Sequence record: MH464253
Length of the DNA: 40,387 bases
Origin: Shigella phage SFPH2
Reading direction: 5' to 3' (one strand)
A program made the position numbers and the translations under genes. The notes below the pieces were generated by a model. The model made no database searches. It was not told the DNA's origin and saw only the letters and a program-made list of their open reading frames with translations. Shown one piece after another: positions 8,069 through 20,999 of the stretch. Positions within the stretch are counted from its first letter, which is position 1. Every line of letters begins with the position of its first letter.

Positions 8069-8114
8069 ACTACCTCCATTGTTAAACGGGTCGTCCTTGA
8101 CCCAAAGTTATCGG

Positions 8115-10622
<2,508 letters not shown>

Positions 10623-10662
10623 TTAAGTGTTGAATTAAATGGGAGCCTATGGTAGCACTCCC

Positions 10663-10685
10663 GTTTCCTATAGTGATAGTTTAGT
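10663..10685 (-). promoter_or_regulatory. Phage RNAP promoter (phi17 position): ACTAAACTATCACTATAGGAAAC
   Basis: Consensus match overlapping gp16 stop, upstream of tail fibre. Confidence 0.85.
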
Positions 10686-13600
10686 CCTTGATGTGAATAC
10701 CTTGTTCCTCAAAGGTTCCCAGTAGGAGCTTCTGAGTAATCGGGTCGTTCGGGACTAGCTCGCGGAAAGTGTTATACATCCCGGTCATGTAGTCTCGTTC
10801 GTTCACTCTGGTATCAGCCTTCAAGTATCCAGCCAAGTTGTAGGCCGAAGCACCAACGTTAGCGGCGTATCCAAAAGCAGGAACCTGCTCAAGGAAGTTA
10901 CCGACCACATTCATCACCGGGTCACTCTTCGCAGCGCCATAGGTAATAGCACGTTCAGGTTTCTCGGTAGGTGAGCGCGGAAGGATTGACGAGCGGAGCA
11001 TCTTAGTGTCCTCATACCCAGCGATTCCACCCAGAATGTTGGCTACCCCAAGAGGACCACCTAAGTGGGAGCTACGGGACAGAGCCGCATAGCCAATCAT
11101 TGTCGGGTTAAGGGCTTGCTTCAGATACTCACGGTCACGACCGTCCTGCATAGCGTAGGCCTTGATGTGCGCCTGAGCCATGTAGTACATTCCAGCCAGA
11201 CCCATAGACATAACCGTTGATAGTGCAGCGTCCATCGCTCGGTTGTTCTTGGTGGCATTGTAGAAGGTACGCATGGTTCGACCGTTGATGGACTTGATAA
11301 CGAAGTTCTTAAACTGCAAGACAGTCTTCGCCATCGGTCCATACGCCTTGGCATCCATGTTGCTCAGCTTGTGCGGACGAATCATGGTCTCGTCAGCGAT
11401 GGCATCACCCATACGCCAGAGGTCCATAGCCCTTGGGTCCTGACTGAACGCCTTCTTATCCTTGATGGTGTACTTCCCGTCTGGGCCACGAGTCACTGAC
11501 TCACGGATGAGGGACTTAATGCCCTTCCACTGCTCGTCCGAAATACCAGCGGTCTTCAACCAGCGGTCATCAAACTTACGCTTACTTCCAGTCAGGCTGT
11601 GCTCCACGATGTCAGACAGGAAGCCTTGACGTCCAGCATCCAGCAGGTAGTTCGTCGTGCCGTTCAGGACCTTCGTAAACGGAGAGCGGACCGCAAGTTC
11701 ACCAGTGTAATACTTGGCAGAACCCAAAGCCGTAGCTGCTGGTTTACTCAAGGCACTGTACGCCCGCAGGCGGTCTATGACATCCTGTTTTGACGGACGG
11801 ATTGAGTCGTCCAGTTCCTTACCGAAGATAACATTGTGCAGGTCCTTAATCTCTGATGCCCCTACCTTCTTGTTACGGAAGGCTAGGTCACGGAACATAG
11901 GTACTCCATGTAGCAATGCACGAACGTTACCACGAGCCAGCATACCACCAATCTCCGTTAAATTCTGAACACCCATGTAGGCATTCTTAGCGAAGAAGGA
12001 CAGGTCTGTCATTGTGCGCATCACTGTAGCAAAGGCAGCATCGTCTGCACCATCACGTCGAGCACGACCAGTCAGAATCTTCAGGGTGTCACGCAGTGTT
12101 GAGACTTCACCCTTCAGTTTACCGTCATCACCAGCACGGTTCATCAGGGTCTCTACTGCGTCCTTCATCTCCTTCGTGGTCTTACCTGTCCCAGCCATGA
12201 TAGCAATGTCCCCATTGACTCGACGGTTGTACGCCGGGACAATCTTATCCATGTCCCACTCACGGAGGCTGTTCACACTGAACGGTTGACCGTTTGGCAG
12301 GATGATAGACATATCGCTATCGAACAGGTTACGGGCCTCAAGGAAGTTGTTGTTCTCCAGACCCACCAGACCGTTGATGTTCTCTTCCATGACAGACGAG
12401 CGCTCGAATAGGTCGGTGTGAGAGATACCGTAAGCCTTATCGTTGGCGTACTTCTCGACCGCAGCCGCGAGTCCTTCTGGAGTCAGATTAGGGTCAGCTT
12501 CCATCAAGGCCTCATCCACCCGCGCTTTGACCTCAGGTCTTGACGCATAGCTCGTTAGCCAAGACTTCTTGATTGCCTCCTGTAGCGCCTCAGGGCTTCC
12601 AAGCTCCTTGATGTACAGCTCCTTCATCTGGTTGCTGTAGACGTGAGGAACGTATGTCCCCTTGAAGCGGCTGCCGGGGAAGATAGACTTAGCGTCCACC
12701 CGACCGAACATCGCGGGGTTCTCCATCATCTCACGCTTGGCGTCGAACTGGTTCTTCAGCAGGTCGTAGACCTTCAGTTCGCCCGGAGTAAGCTCAGACT
12801 TCAGGTTTCCACTTCCGTCCTCGATAGCCAGAGCTACACGCTGGTAGATGTCCTGACGGAAAGCCCCTGTGTCCCGGTTGAAGTTGGTCTGGAAGTACGG
12901 GTCCTTCAGAGCCTCAGTCACCGCATCGTCGATGTCGTTGTAGAACCGATGGTCCACTGCACGAAGTCGCTCGAATACGTCTGACGCTGTAGTCCCAATC
13001 TTCCCGCTCGCACCCGACTGCATACCTGTAGGGGAACGCACCAAGTCAGCGGCAAGTCCGCGAATCTCAGGGTTCTCAGACCTCAAGAGTTTCAAGCCAA
13101 TCTCGGTAAGTCCACCAAGGTTTACACCAGCAGCAGCACGCTCAGGCTCAATCACCTCGTCGAAGACTTGGCGTGTCTTAGGGTTCAGAGGGTTCTCACC
13201 AATCAGGATTGAGCCATCTTCCAGTCGAACACTTCCCGGCTCGTTCGGAACGTCAGCAAACTTAACGCCTTGGTGACTGAAGGTCTGCTCTCCTTCACGG
13301 ATTGGTAGACGCGACAGGTCCTGACCGTCAACGTTACGAGCAGTCTCACGTGCCTCAAGACGTGTAGCTGGACCAGCGAACTCATTGGTAGACTTTCCAA
13401 GAGCCTTGCCAAGAGCGTCACCGATAGCAGTCATGCCACCACCGAAGAGCGCACCGCCCATAATTGCCTCAGACACGTGAGCATCGCCACCAGCAACAGA
13501 GGTACGAGCAATCTCAGACGCGCCAGCCAACGCACCAGACTGAGCAGCCACGGTGAACATCTTGTTAACCAGCTTACCGCCTTTACCTACCTGTCCGGCA

Positions 13601-14577
13601 ATAGGAACATAGGTCAGTGGGTCCACTCCAGCGCCAATCACACCAGCCGCAAGTTGAGCGCCAGTCCCGGCCTTAGCCTTCTCAGCGTCTAACTTCTGGT
13701 TCTCCAGCGCCAAGTTAATCAGCTCGGTCAGATTCTGAGGCGAACCACCAGTGATTACTCCGTAATACTGAGGAAGTACCCCAGCGTTACGAATCTGGTC
13801 TAACTCCTCGCGGGACCACTTGTGGTTATTCCAGCGGGTAGGGTTAAACACATCGCCAATGACATCGAGCGAGTCCTCAGTCTGACCAGCGCGGACAGCC
13901 ACGCCCACCAGAGAGTTCTTCACTTCAGCCTCAGCAGCTCCGCCGAAGCCGAACCATGTAGAGCGGTCAGCTCTTTGGTCCAGCGTCTCGCCAGTTGACT
14001 TATAGAACATCTCTCCGAAAGACTCGTTAGGAGCCTCAGGTTCCTGACCTTCGATGTTCATACCAGTAACGCCCGGAAGGTTCTCTCCAAGAGCGACTTT
14101 AGGTTTAGCCTTCAAGCCCTCCGTGAGAGCGTCGAAGACGTTAGCGCTTACTGGTGGGGTCTTTGGGGTGATGCCTCCAGCACCACTTAAGGCGCGAGAG
14201 ACTCCGAGCTTGTAGACCTCAGGGTCATACCGGGAACCAGTCTCGTGGTAGCCGATAGCCTCAGACAGAGAGGCGAGGACATCAGGGTTCGTCAGGTCGA
14301 TACTTTGGGACGCTGGAATGCCAGTGGCAGCCACAACAGAGTCGATGTAAGACTGAGTGTCGTTCTCGCTAGGTGGTGCCCATCGGTTGATAATCTTCTC
14401 GATTGAGTCGTAGCCTTGGCGACCGTAGGACATCAGGTTCTTCGCCAGAGCGCGGACGCCAGAGTCAGGAGTGTCGAACGTTACGAAAGACCCATCGTCT
14501 CCTGTAGCTCCTTCCCACTGGTCTTTGGAAACACGAATGTTCCCGATGTTATTGTTGCGAATACCACGAGTCGCCAT
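10681..14577 (-). CDS. gp16: Internal virion (core) protein D, gp16-type, with divergent N-terminal ~190 aa
   Basis: 1298 aa; from ...TWFGFGGAAEAEV... onward colinear with T7 gp16 (PATRLEARETARN, SPTGMQSGASGK, ARRVNGDIAIMAGTGKTTKE); N-terminus lacks the T7 lytic-transglycosylase motifs as recalled. Confidence 0.92.
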   Translation of the reverse strand: MATRGIRNNNIGNIRVSKDQWEGATGDDGSFVTFDTPDSGVRALAKNLMSYGRQGYDSIEKIINRWAPPSENDTQSYIDSVVAATGIPASQSIDLTNPDVLASLSEAIGYHETGSRYDPEVYKLGVSRALSGAGGITPKTPPVSANVFDALTEGLKAKPKVALGENLPGVTGMNIEGQEPEAPNESFGEMFYKSTGETLDQRADRSTWFGFGGAAEAEVKNSLVGVAVRAGQTEDSLDVIGDVFNPTRWNNHKWSREELDQIRNAGVLPQYYGVITGGSPQNLTELINLALENQKLDAEKAKAGTGAQLAAGVIGAGVDPLTYVPIAGQVGKGGKLVNKMFTVAAQSGALAGASEIARTSVAGGDAHVSEAIMGGALFGGGMTAIGDALGKALGKSTNEFAGPATRLEARETARNVDGQDLSRLPIREGEQTFSHQGVKFADVPNEPGSVRLEDGSILIGENPLNPKTRQVFDEVIEPERAAAGVNLGGLTEIGLKLLRSENPEIRGLAADLVRSPTGMQSGASGKIGTTASDVFERLRAVDHRFYNDIDDAVTEALKDPYFQTNFNRDTGAFRQDIYQRVALAIEDGSGNLKSELTPGELKVYDLLKNQFDAKREMMENPAMFGRVDAKSIFPGSRFKGTYVPHVYSNQMKELYIKELGSPEALQEAIKKSWLTSYASRPEVKARVDEALMEADPNLTPEGLAAAVEKYANDKAYGISHTDLFERSSVMEENINGLVGLENNNFLEARNLFDSDMSIILPNGQPFSVNSLREWDMDKIVPAYNRRVNGDIAIMAGTGKTTKEMKDAVETLMNRAGDDGKLKGEVSTLRDTLKILTGRARRDGADDAAFATVMRTMTDLSFFAKNAYMGVQNLTEIGGMLARGNVRALLHGVPMFRDLAFRNKKVGASEIKDLHNVIFGKELDDSIRPSKQDVIDRLRAYSALSKPAATALGSAKYYTGELAVRSPFTKVLNGTTNYLLDAGRQGFLSDIVEHSLTGSKRKFDDRWLKTAGISDEQWKGIKSLIRESVTRGPDGKYTIKDKKAFSQDPRAMDLWRMGDAIADETMIRPHKLSNMDAKAYGPMAKTVLQFKNFVIKSINGRTMRTFYNATKNNRAMDAALSTVMSMGLAGMYYMAQAHIKAYAMQDGRDREYLKQALNPTMIGYAALSRSSHLGGPLGVANILGGIAGYEDTKMLRSSILPRSPTEKPERAITYGAAKSDPVMNVVGNFLEQVPAFGYAANVGASAYNLAGYLKADTRVNERDYMTGMYNTFRELVPNDPITQKLLLGTFEEQGIHIKD

Positions 14578-14582
14578 TGTTA

Positions 14583-16865
14583 TTACTCCTTACCGATTAA
14601 GGTGTTTGCGATACCCTCCAGCGAGACATCACCGTACAGACCACCGCGTTTCTGGATGTTACCTTCACGCTCGGCTCGACGCTTATCACCAGCCGCTTTA
14701 GTCTCGACAATGCGAGCGCGGGTATTGGCTTTACGTTCAGCTTCAGCGTAGGCTTTATCCTCAGCTTGCTTCTGCTGTTCACGGTACAGTTTGCCCACCA
14801 GTTCCTTATCGTAGCGAATACGAATGGTCCCAGTGGCGTCTTGCAGGAAGACCGAGCCGTTCTGCTCAACTACAGAGAGCTGAGAGTTCACGACCCAAGG
14901 GTTAGTTTTGATTAGTTGCTTGCGAGCTGTGTCGATAATGTCTCGACCAACCTGCCACGACTCAGGGTTATCCCCGACCATAAGTTGATGTTTGGACACC
15001 ATGCCGATGGACTTACCGTCCTGACCATCATCATTAAAAGTCACGGTGTTCTCGTTCAGCCACTTCTGAGTGTTCTGGGTAGCTGCATCGGCGTTACCTG
15101 TGCGGTAATACCATGAGTCCCATACCTTACGAGCACTTGCGTCCAGACTCGTCGGGAGACGCGAGAGGTCCTTGTTCTTCGAGTCGTTCTTCAGCTCCTG
15201 CCACGCCTTGTCAGACTCAATGCGCATCTCACGGGACTGACTTGCAGCCTGTTTGTCAGCGTCAATCATAGTCTGAGGGTCCAGACCCATCTTGTCCATC
15301 TGCTCGAAAGTCGTGAACAATTGGGCCTGCTCAGGGTAGAGGGCCGCGAAGCTGGAAGGGTCCTGAGTGTAGACCTTACGCAGGGACTCGAAGCGCTGCA
15401 TCTTGTCTGGGTCGTATTGACCACGGATGACAGCAGCTTGCCACTCACCAGCAGCATCCTGAGTCAGCGTCTGGAAGGCGTTACGGAACGGGCCATTGTT
15501 GGTATCAGCTCGCAGCAGCGCTACCTTCTGAGCATCCTTAGCAGCCTGAGGTATATCCATCTGGTCAATCTGCTGGAGTTTACCCATGGCGTAGTTGTTC
15601 ATGTCCGAACGCTTGAACTCACCAGTGGCCTCGGATACCGGGAGGTCCTCATAGTTGGTGGACACGTTTTCGCCAGCCAGTCGTCTCTGATACACTTGGT
15701 CGATGACCAACTGCTTATTCTGAGTCTGGATGAGCTTAGTGTTCTCCTTAGCCTGCTCAGCGGACTTGCGCTTCACGGACTCTAAGAGGCTGGCCTCGGC
15801 ATTGATGAGCATCTGACGTTGTGGTGTCATTTCCTCACCCGGCTGAAGCTGGTTGTTCTGAGCCTTGAGTTTCTGGATTTGAGCCAGACCAATGGTCGGG
15901 TCATCCTGAAGTAGTGCAGACTGAACTCCCAGAGACAAGTCTTCCTGATACTTCGCTACCAGCTTATACTCGGTTCCTTGCGCCTCGACCACAGCAGCGT
16001 TGAAGACCTCAGGCCCAACAATCTCCTCAATCGTGGCGTCCACCCCGTTAAGGGTGATACGTTCCTGTCGAATCTGCTGGAGGAAGTTAGCGCCACCGGA
16101 CTTCTGGATTGCATCCCGTACCGTCTGTGTGATTACTTCAGTCGCCCTTTGGTCAGACGGAATGGCAGCAGTGGTCAGCCCATCGCGAAGATACGCCATG
16201 AAAGACTTGCCTGCCTCAGGTGAGCGCATCAGGTCCCCATCATTCAGGAACGAGTTCAGCTCTACACGGGTGTTCAGCATAGCAGTATTCTCTGACTGCT
16301 TAGAGAAATACTTATTGAACGACCCGTAGATGGCTATGTTTCGGTCCGTGATGTCTGCGTTAAATCCACGCTGGAAGTGCTCATCATTGGGGTTAATACC
16401 AGCCTCGTCAGCATAAGACTTAGCGGCATCCTGAAGTCGCTGGTGGCGGTACTCCTCCATTTCCTGACGGGTGCGGAACTCACCGTTCTGAATCTTGACG
16501 TTAATCTCATCGTCTACCGCATAGGCAGCGTTTCGACCAGTCTTGACTTTCAGTGCCTCCATTGCATACGGGTCGTCCTGATACAGCAGAGTACCATTCT
16601 GGATAGCCTCACGCCTTTGCTGGGGAGTCAGCTTACGGATAATCTCGTTAGACCGCTCGTCACCAAGGTTCTTGGACTTCTCTTGGAACTGCTTGTACAG
16701 ACCTGTGCCCGACTCAACGAAGTTAGTGAGCGCACGGGCAAGACCGGAGTCACCAGTCTGCCCCTGAATGTTCGCCGCCTGATAGTCCACACTGATAGCT
16801 TTGCCCGGAGCGCGACCACGGCCCATAGTCCGGTTAGCTAAAGCTGATTCGATATTACTAGCCAT
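14583..16865 (-). CDS. gp15: Internal virion (core) protein C
   Basis: 760 aa; DERSNEIIRKLTPQQRREAIQNGTLLYQDDPYAMEALKVKTGRNAAY matches T7 gp15. Confidence 0.93.
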   Translation of the reverse strand: MASNIESALANRTMGRGRAPGKAISVDYQAANIQGQTGDSGLARALTNFVESGTGLYKQFQEKSKNLGDERSNEIIRKLTPQQRREAIQNGTLLYQDDPYAMEALKVKTGRNAAYAVDDEINVKIQNGEFRTRQEMEEYRHQRLQDAAKSYADEAGINPNDEHFQRGFNADITDRNIAIYGSFNKYFSKQSENTAMLNTRVELNSFLNDGDLMRSPEAGKSFMAYLRDGLTTAAIPSDQRATEVITQTVRDAIQKSGGANFLQQIRQERITLNGVDATIEEIVGPEVFNAAVVEAQGTEYKLVAKYQEDLSLGVQSALLQDDPTIGLAQIQKLKAQNNQLQPGEEMTPQRQMLINAEASLLESVKRKSAEQAKENTKLIQTQNKQLVIDQVYQRRLAGENVSTNYEDLPVSEATGEFKRSDMNNYAMGKLQQIDQMDIPQAAKDAQKVALLRADTNNGPFRNAFQTLTQDAAGEWQAAVIRGQYDPDKMQRFESLRKVYTQDPSSFAALYPEQAQLFTTFEQMDKMGLDPQTMIDADKQAASQSREMRIESDKAWQELKNDSKNKDLSRLPTSLDASARKVWDSWYYRTGNADAATQNTQKWLNENTVTFNDDGQDGKSIGMVSKHQLMVGDNPESWQVGRDIIDTARKQLIKTNPWVVNSQLSVVEQNGSVFLQDATGTIRIRYDKELVGKLYREQQKQAEDKAYAEAERKANTRARIVETKAAGDKRRAEREGNIQKRGGLYGDVSLEGIANTLIGKE

Positions 16866-16876
16866 TGGTCCTCCTG

Positions 16877-17464
16877 TTAGCTGTGACCTGTAGGTGTGCC
16901 TTTAGCAGCACTAATTGGAGCAGCACCGCCAGACGGCTTAGCGCCAGAGATAGAGCTACCCATAGCGTAACCCTGCATACCAGCAGAGGTGACGTTAAGT
17001 GCATGAGCCAGAGGGCTGGTCTTGATGATTTTAGCCTGACCCTTGATGGCAGACTTGGTGTTCTCGATGTTGGCAATACGGTTCCCGAAGATAGCCGCAT
17101 AATCGCGGTTGTAACTTTCGGTGATGCCAGCACGTTCTTTCACAGTGTCTCCTTCCACTGAGCGCTCAATGCGTTTCATGGAGTTTCCTTCAAGACCGGA
17201 CTCAGCCACTGCTGCACGGACCATGCCCTGATTGCGAATACCGTTCAGGGTTGTCTCTGTCAGCTCAGCGACCTGTTGCTCTTTAAGGTCTCGCTCCTGC
17301 ATCGTCAGGTTGGCGTCAGAGTAGTTCATCTGCTTAATCATCTCCTGAGCCTGTCTGTTCTGAGCGTCGATGGCAGCACCCTCAGCCTTGGCCTGTTGAG
17401 ATGCGGACATAGTGGCCCCGGCTACAGCCAGTATACCCATTCCGATACTTACGGGTTCACACAT
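16877..17464 (-). CDS. gp14: Internal virion (core) protein B
   Basis: 195 aa; size and composition match T7 gp14 (196 aa, starts MCW/MCE, Ala/Gln-rich). Confidence 0.85.
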   Translation of the reverse strand: MCEPVSIGMGILAVAGATMSASQQAKAEGAAIDAQNRQAQEMIKQMNYSDANLTMQERDLKEQQVAELTETTLNGIRNQGMVRAAVAESGLEGNSMKRIERSVEGDTVKERAGITESYNRDYAAIFGNRIANIENTKSAIKGQAKIIKTSPLAHALNVTSAGMQGYAMGSSISGAKPSGGAAPISAAKGTPTGHS

Positions 17465-17919
17465 ACGTCCTCCTTAGAGATTGTGAATAGTTGAAAACGC
17501 TCACCTGTTACCGGACTAATAGTCACCTCAGGGTGAAACTTAGCTCCCAGCAACCGCAAGAATTTAATGTGAGACTTGTTGCCTGACCACACGTAGTTCC
17601 AGATGGTCCCGTATTGGTCTAACATTAAGTCCCTGTACTCAGAGATGCGCTGAATGAACTCACGCTTGTCTTTAGGACGTAACCTTTCGACAAGACTTGA
17701 AGTCAGGAACCACACGTTATCTCCTTGGTTCCCTCCATAGGCAAACACTTCGCCTACGCCATTCGTCAAAACCACAGATGACGGAGTTAGGTGACTGAGC
17801 ATTCTGTCTGTCAGACCCTTGGTCGACCCGAAGTTTGCCATGCACTCATTAACGTCATCCTGTGAGAGATGTCCCAATAGGTAGTGAACATCTGGTTCAG
17901 TAGCCTTACGAATATACAT
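17449..17919 (-). CDS. gp13: gp13-position virion assembly/internal protein
   Basis: 156 aa ORF between phi13-position promoter and gp14; assigned by synteny. Confidence 0.7.
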   Translation of the reverse strand: MYIRKATEPDVHYLLGHLSQDDVNECMANFGSTKGLTDRMLSHLTPSSVVLTNGVGEVFAYGGNQGDNVWFLTSSLVERLRPKDKREFIQRISEYRDLMLDQYGTIWNYVWSGNKSHIKFLRLLGAKFHPEVTISPVTGERFQLFTISKEDVCVNP

Positions 17920-17947
17920 AAAGTCTCCTATAACTTAAAGGGCCTAT

Positions 17948-17970
17948 AGTCCCTATAGTGATAGTTAAGT
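17948..17970 (-). promoter_or_regulatory. Phage RNAP promoter (phi13 position): ACTTAACTATCACTATAGGGACT
   Basis: Consensus match between gp12 and gp13. Confidence 0.85.
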
Positions 17971-17994
17971 TGAAACTATAGGCCATTCAATTAG

Positions 17995-20364
17995 TTAGAT
18001 AGCTTTGGCTTTACGGGCATATGAAGCCTCCCAGCCGCAACCAACGATGGACACTGGGGTCGGATAGTCTGACTCAAGGATTAACCGAGTGTGCAGAGCA
18101 TCTCCGTTCATTGGGAACCTGAACTGACCGTCACCAATGTTAACCTGACCGATGTCCTGTAGACCCAGCTTGTAGCCATTCAGAGTGTTCAGGAACTCAC
18201 GGTGCTGGTTGACAACTCGCATCACCAGAGCACCAGTTCGCTGATAGTTCACCCAAGCGCGGCGAAGCTGTAGTCGACCGGAGTCTTCCGTCACCGTCCC
18301 GTTCTGGTCTTCATACTTAATGAGGAACCGAGAGAAGGCGTAGGTGAACTTATAGACGCGACCAAGGAACACTGTCTTGCCTGACCAGTCCCCCTTCACA
18401 GTCACCCACCGAGTGCTGGACCATACGGTATCCGGCAGTTGGACGAATCGCCCACTGGAGTCTACCATTACGTACTTCCCTGCTGGTGGGAAAACTCCAC
18501 CATAAGCAGCGCCAACGTCGAATGACGAGGTGTATGTGTTAGGGTTAAACGCGTTAGTCGGAATGACCATAGTGGTTTTGCCATCAAGATGCAGGCGGTA
18601 GGGTTCGCCAGCGATGTCCACAGTCTCCTTGATGAACTCCAGCTTCTCCAAGTCCACGCCATAGCCATGCTTACGCACGATGTACATAGCGGACCCGATA
18701 CAGGCTGATGCCATAATCTGCTCGCCCTGCTCCAGCTCCCAGTGTGACCACGAGGCTTGAAGCTGTACGCCATCCTTGAAGAGGAACTTGTAGATGAACA
18801 GCTTGTTCGGAGCGCCCTCAGTCGACACGGTGATGAAGTTCTCAGTAGAGGACCCTTGGATGTCGAATACTCCATTAGGAATATAAGACAGCACATGCCC
18901 GGTCGTATCGTCTGCGTCCTTCACGTCTGTAACGTCAGCCACCGCAAAGTAACGGTTAATGCTGGTGAACGAGCCGCGAGGGGCAGCGAAGAAGACTGAA
19001 CGTCCAATGGCAAACGGTCGAGCATTATCACTAACAGCGAACTCAGAGCCTACATCAAGTTGGATGGACTTGGCTGTCAGCACCCCGGAGCTGGTCATCA
19101 CGAACTGCACCTCGTCAGACCACAGTAGTAGCTGTTCTGCGAATGGTACAGCATACTTCAGGATTGAGATTCGAGGGTGACTCACAGCCACGTCAATCGG
19201 GTCATCATCACTGAGGGTCGCCACGCTCTTAGGGAAGAACGCAAAGTATCCAGCAGACCGGGACATAATGACGTTCTCGCCGGAGAGGAACCCTAAGCGG
19301 TTACGATAGAAGAACACATCGTTAATCGTAGAGTTCACGAAGCTAGGCATCGGGTTGGTCTCATCGTTACCAGCACCACGCTCAGTCCAGTCTAGGGTCT
19401 GGAACCTAAAGTTACCATCTGCCTGTCTGACCAGAGCGTGTGGCATGGTGGAAGCGTCAAAGCCTGTTATGGTCCCCGGCTCCACAGTCTCACGCCAAGT
19501 CTTCTTCGCAGAGTCATACTTCACGAAATACTCATCGGCTGAGCTGTTGGTCTCTCCCTGAATACGGATTATGTATCCTTCAGGTGCTGCCAGAGGTAGC
19601 TTACTGATAGTCTGAACGGTGTCAAGGACTGCGTTGATTAGCTGGTTAGCGTAGCCATCTTCGGTCTCCACCGAGTTGATGGTGGTCCCTGCTGGTGCTT
19701 TAATCTCAATGTAGCCAGACCCAAGGGTGAACGTGTAGTTCGGATAGGCCACGACAAGCAGGTCCACTAACGCCTTGCCGATAGCCTGAGCGTCGACTTT
19801 AGGTGGGTCATCCTTGGCGTTATCTCCCGGAGGAAGCTGGTGCTCAACCTTTGTCCCGCCATTGATTCCTACCTTCAGCAATCTACCGTACTGACCACCA
19901 CGAAGGTTAATCAGTGCGCGGTTCTTCATGTTGTAAGTAGGGTTTGCCTTAGTTGTCCCCTGAGCCACCACAGTGCGGCGATTCACTACGAACGTGTAGT
20001 CAGCTACTGTAATGACCCGGATGTCGTCACGCGGCTTGGAAGTGTTCACGTAGTCCGTTACACCTGAGACAGCGTACTGGTTCCCCTCAAGGTCAAAGAC
20101 CATGATTTCCTTTCCTGTGAAGACGATGTAATACTGCTCGTTCTCGTCCCTGTTAATCAGATGGAACTTAGCGTTGTTCGGGATGACCCAGTTCACTGCT
20201 GAAAGTCTTTTCTTCCAGACGGTCGGTGGTCGCTTCTGAAGCCCGTCACTCTCGGATGACCAGCCGTTAATCTGCTGTTCACCTTGGTCAGAGAACCTCA
20301 GGATGTCCGGCTGTTGGCTAATGCCACCCTTCAGGTTCTTGATTGATTGCGTGTAAAGTGGCAT
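17995..20364 (-). CDS. gp12: Tail tubular protein B
   Basis: 789 aa; QSIKNLKGGISQQPDILR...HLINRDE.EQYY.VFTG...LRRAWVNY match T7 gp12. Confidence 0.95.
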   Translation of the reverse strand: MPLYTQSIKNLKGGISQQPDILRFSDQGEQQINGWSSESDGLQKRPPTVWKKRLSAVNWVIPNNAKFHLINRDENEQYYIVFTGKEIMVFDLEGNQYAVSGVTDYVNTSKPRDDIRVITVADYTFVVNRRTVVAQGTTKANPTYNMKNRALINLRGGQYGRLLKVGINGGTKVEHQLPPGDNAKDDPPKVDAQAIGKALVDLLVVAYPNYTFTLGSGYIEIKAPAGTTINSVETEDGYANQLINAVLDTVQTISKLPLAAPEGYIIRIQGETNSSADEYFVKYDSAKKTWRETVEPGTITGFDASTMPHALVRQADGNFRFQTLDWTERGAGNDETNPMPSFVNSTINDVFFYRNRLGFLSGENVIMSRSAGYFAFFPKSVATLSDDDPIDVAVSHPRISILKYAVPFAEQLLLWSDEVQFVMTSSGVLTAKSIQLDVGSEFAVSDNARPFAIGRSVFFAAPRGSFTSINRYFAVADVTDVKDADDTTGHVLSYIPNGVFDIQGSSTENFITVSTEGAPNKLFIYKFLFKDGVQLQASWSHWELEQGEQIMASACIGSAMYIVRKHGYGVDLEKLEFIKETVDIAGEPYRLHLDGKTTMVIPTNAFNPNTYTSSFDVGAAYGGVFPPAGKYVMVDSSGRFVQLPDTVWSSTRWVTVKGDWSGKTVFLGRVYKFTYAFSRFLIKYEDQNGTVTEDSGRLQLRRAWVNYQRTGALVMRVVNQHREFLNTLNGYKLGLQDIGQVNIGDGQFRFPMNGDALHTRLILESDYPTPVSIVGCGWEASYARKAKAI

Positions 20365-20375
20365 ATCACCTCCTA

Positions 20376-20942
20376 TTAGTCTCGACCGATGTCAGACATC
20401 ATGTTGTAGCGCCCGGTGTCCATCTCGTACTCCATCACCTGCTGGTACAGCTCTGCTTCCTGCTCCCGCAGATAGGCTTCAGACTCTGGGCTTCCGAAGA
20501 ACTTAGCGTTGAACTCACGGCTTGCCTTGGTAACGATGTAGTCCCGGAAGACCACAGGCATCTCTGAGAACGGCTTCATCTCCACCAGCTCGACTGTAAT
20601 CGGTCCAGTGAATGTTGTCGACTGAGTGCTGAGGTCATAGAGATAGCCACCCATATTACTGTAGTAGCTGGTAGCACCAGCAGTCATGACACGGAGGTAA
20701 GACGGGAGGAATCGAATCCTTTGGTCTTGGACATCCGGTGTTAGGACAGCGGCCTCGTTGATGTTAAAGTTCCAGCCTTTAGCTTGGACCTGACGATTGA
20801 CTCGATGTAGGATGCGCTGAGCGTTCGATACGTCTGCGTTACCTTCATCAAGCTGTAGGACTGCTGGTTCACCGATAGCAGCCAGCATATCGTTAACAGC
20901 ATCCAAGTCGTCATTAGCGTTAAGCGGAATGTATTGAGCCAT
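20376..20942 (-). CDS. gp11: Tail tubular protein A
   Basis: 188 aa; AVNDMLAAIGEP...GW.FNI.E...IVTKASR.FN..FFG.PE matches T7 gp11. Confidence 0.93.
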   Translation of the reverse strand: MAQYIPLNANDDLDAVNDMLAAIGEPAVLQLDEGNADVSNAQRILHRVNRQVQAKGWNFNINEAAVLTPDVQDQRIRFLPSYLRVMTAGATSYYSNMGGYLYDLSTQSTTFTGPITVELVEMKPFSEMPVVFRDYIVTKASREFNAKFFGSPESEAYLREQEAELYQQVMEYEMDTGRYNMMSDIGRD

Positions 20943-20956
20943 AGGCCCTCCTTAAG

Positions 20957-20996
20957 CAAAAAACCCCTCAAGCACCCGAAGGCACCCAAGGGGTTT
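20957..20996 (-). terminator. Intrinsic terminator (Tphi-like) after capsid gene
   Basis: Minus-strand AACCCCTTGGGTGCCTTCGGGTGCTTGAGGGGTTTTTTGC: GC-rich stem with G-U wobbles then U6; close to recalled T7 Tphi. Confidence 0.8.
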
Positions 20997-20999
20997 CAA

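Noticed and set aside
8069-8114. Terminator between tail fibre and holin (GGGUC-loop-GACCC followed by GUUUAA)
   Set aside because: Stem only 5 bp and a poor U-tract; more likely a minor structured spacer than a functional terminator.
20741-20989. 82-aa minus-strand ORF overlapping the gp11 start and the Tphi terminator
   Set aside because: Would have to be translated through the terminator hairpin and overlaps gp11 in another frame; no ribosome-binding site.
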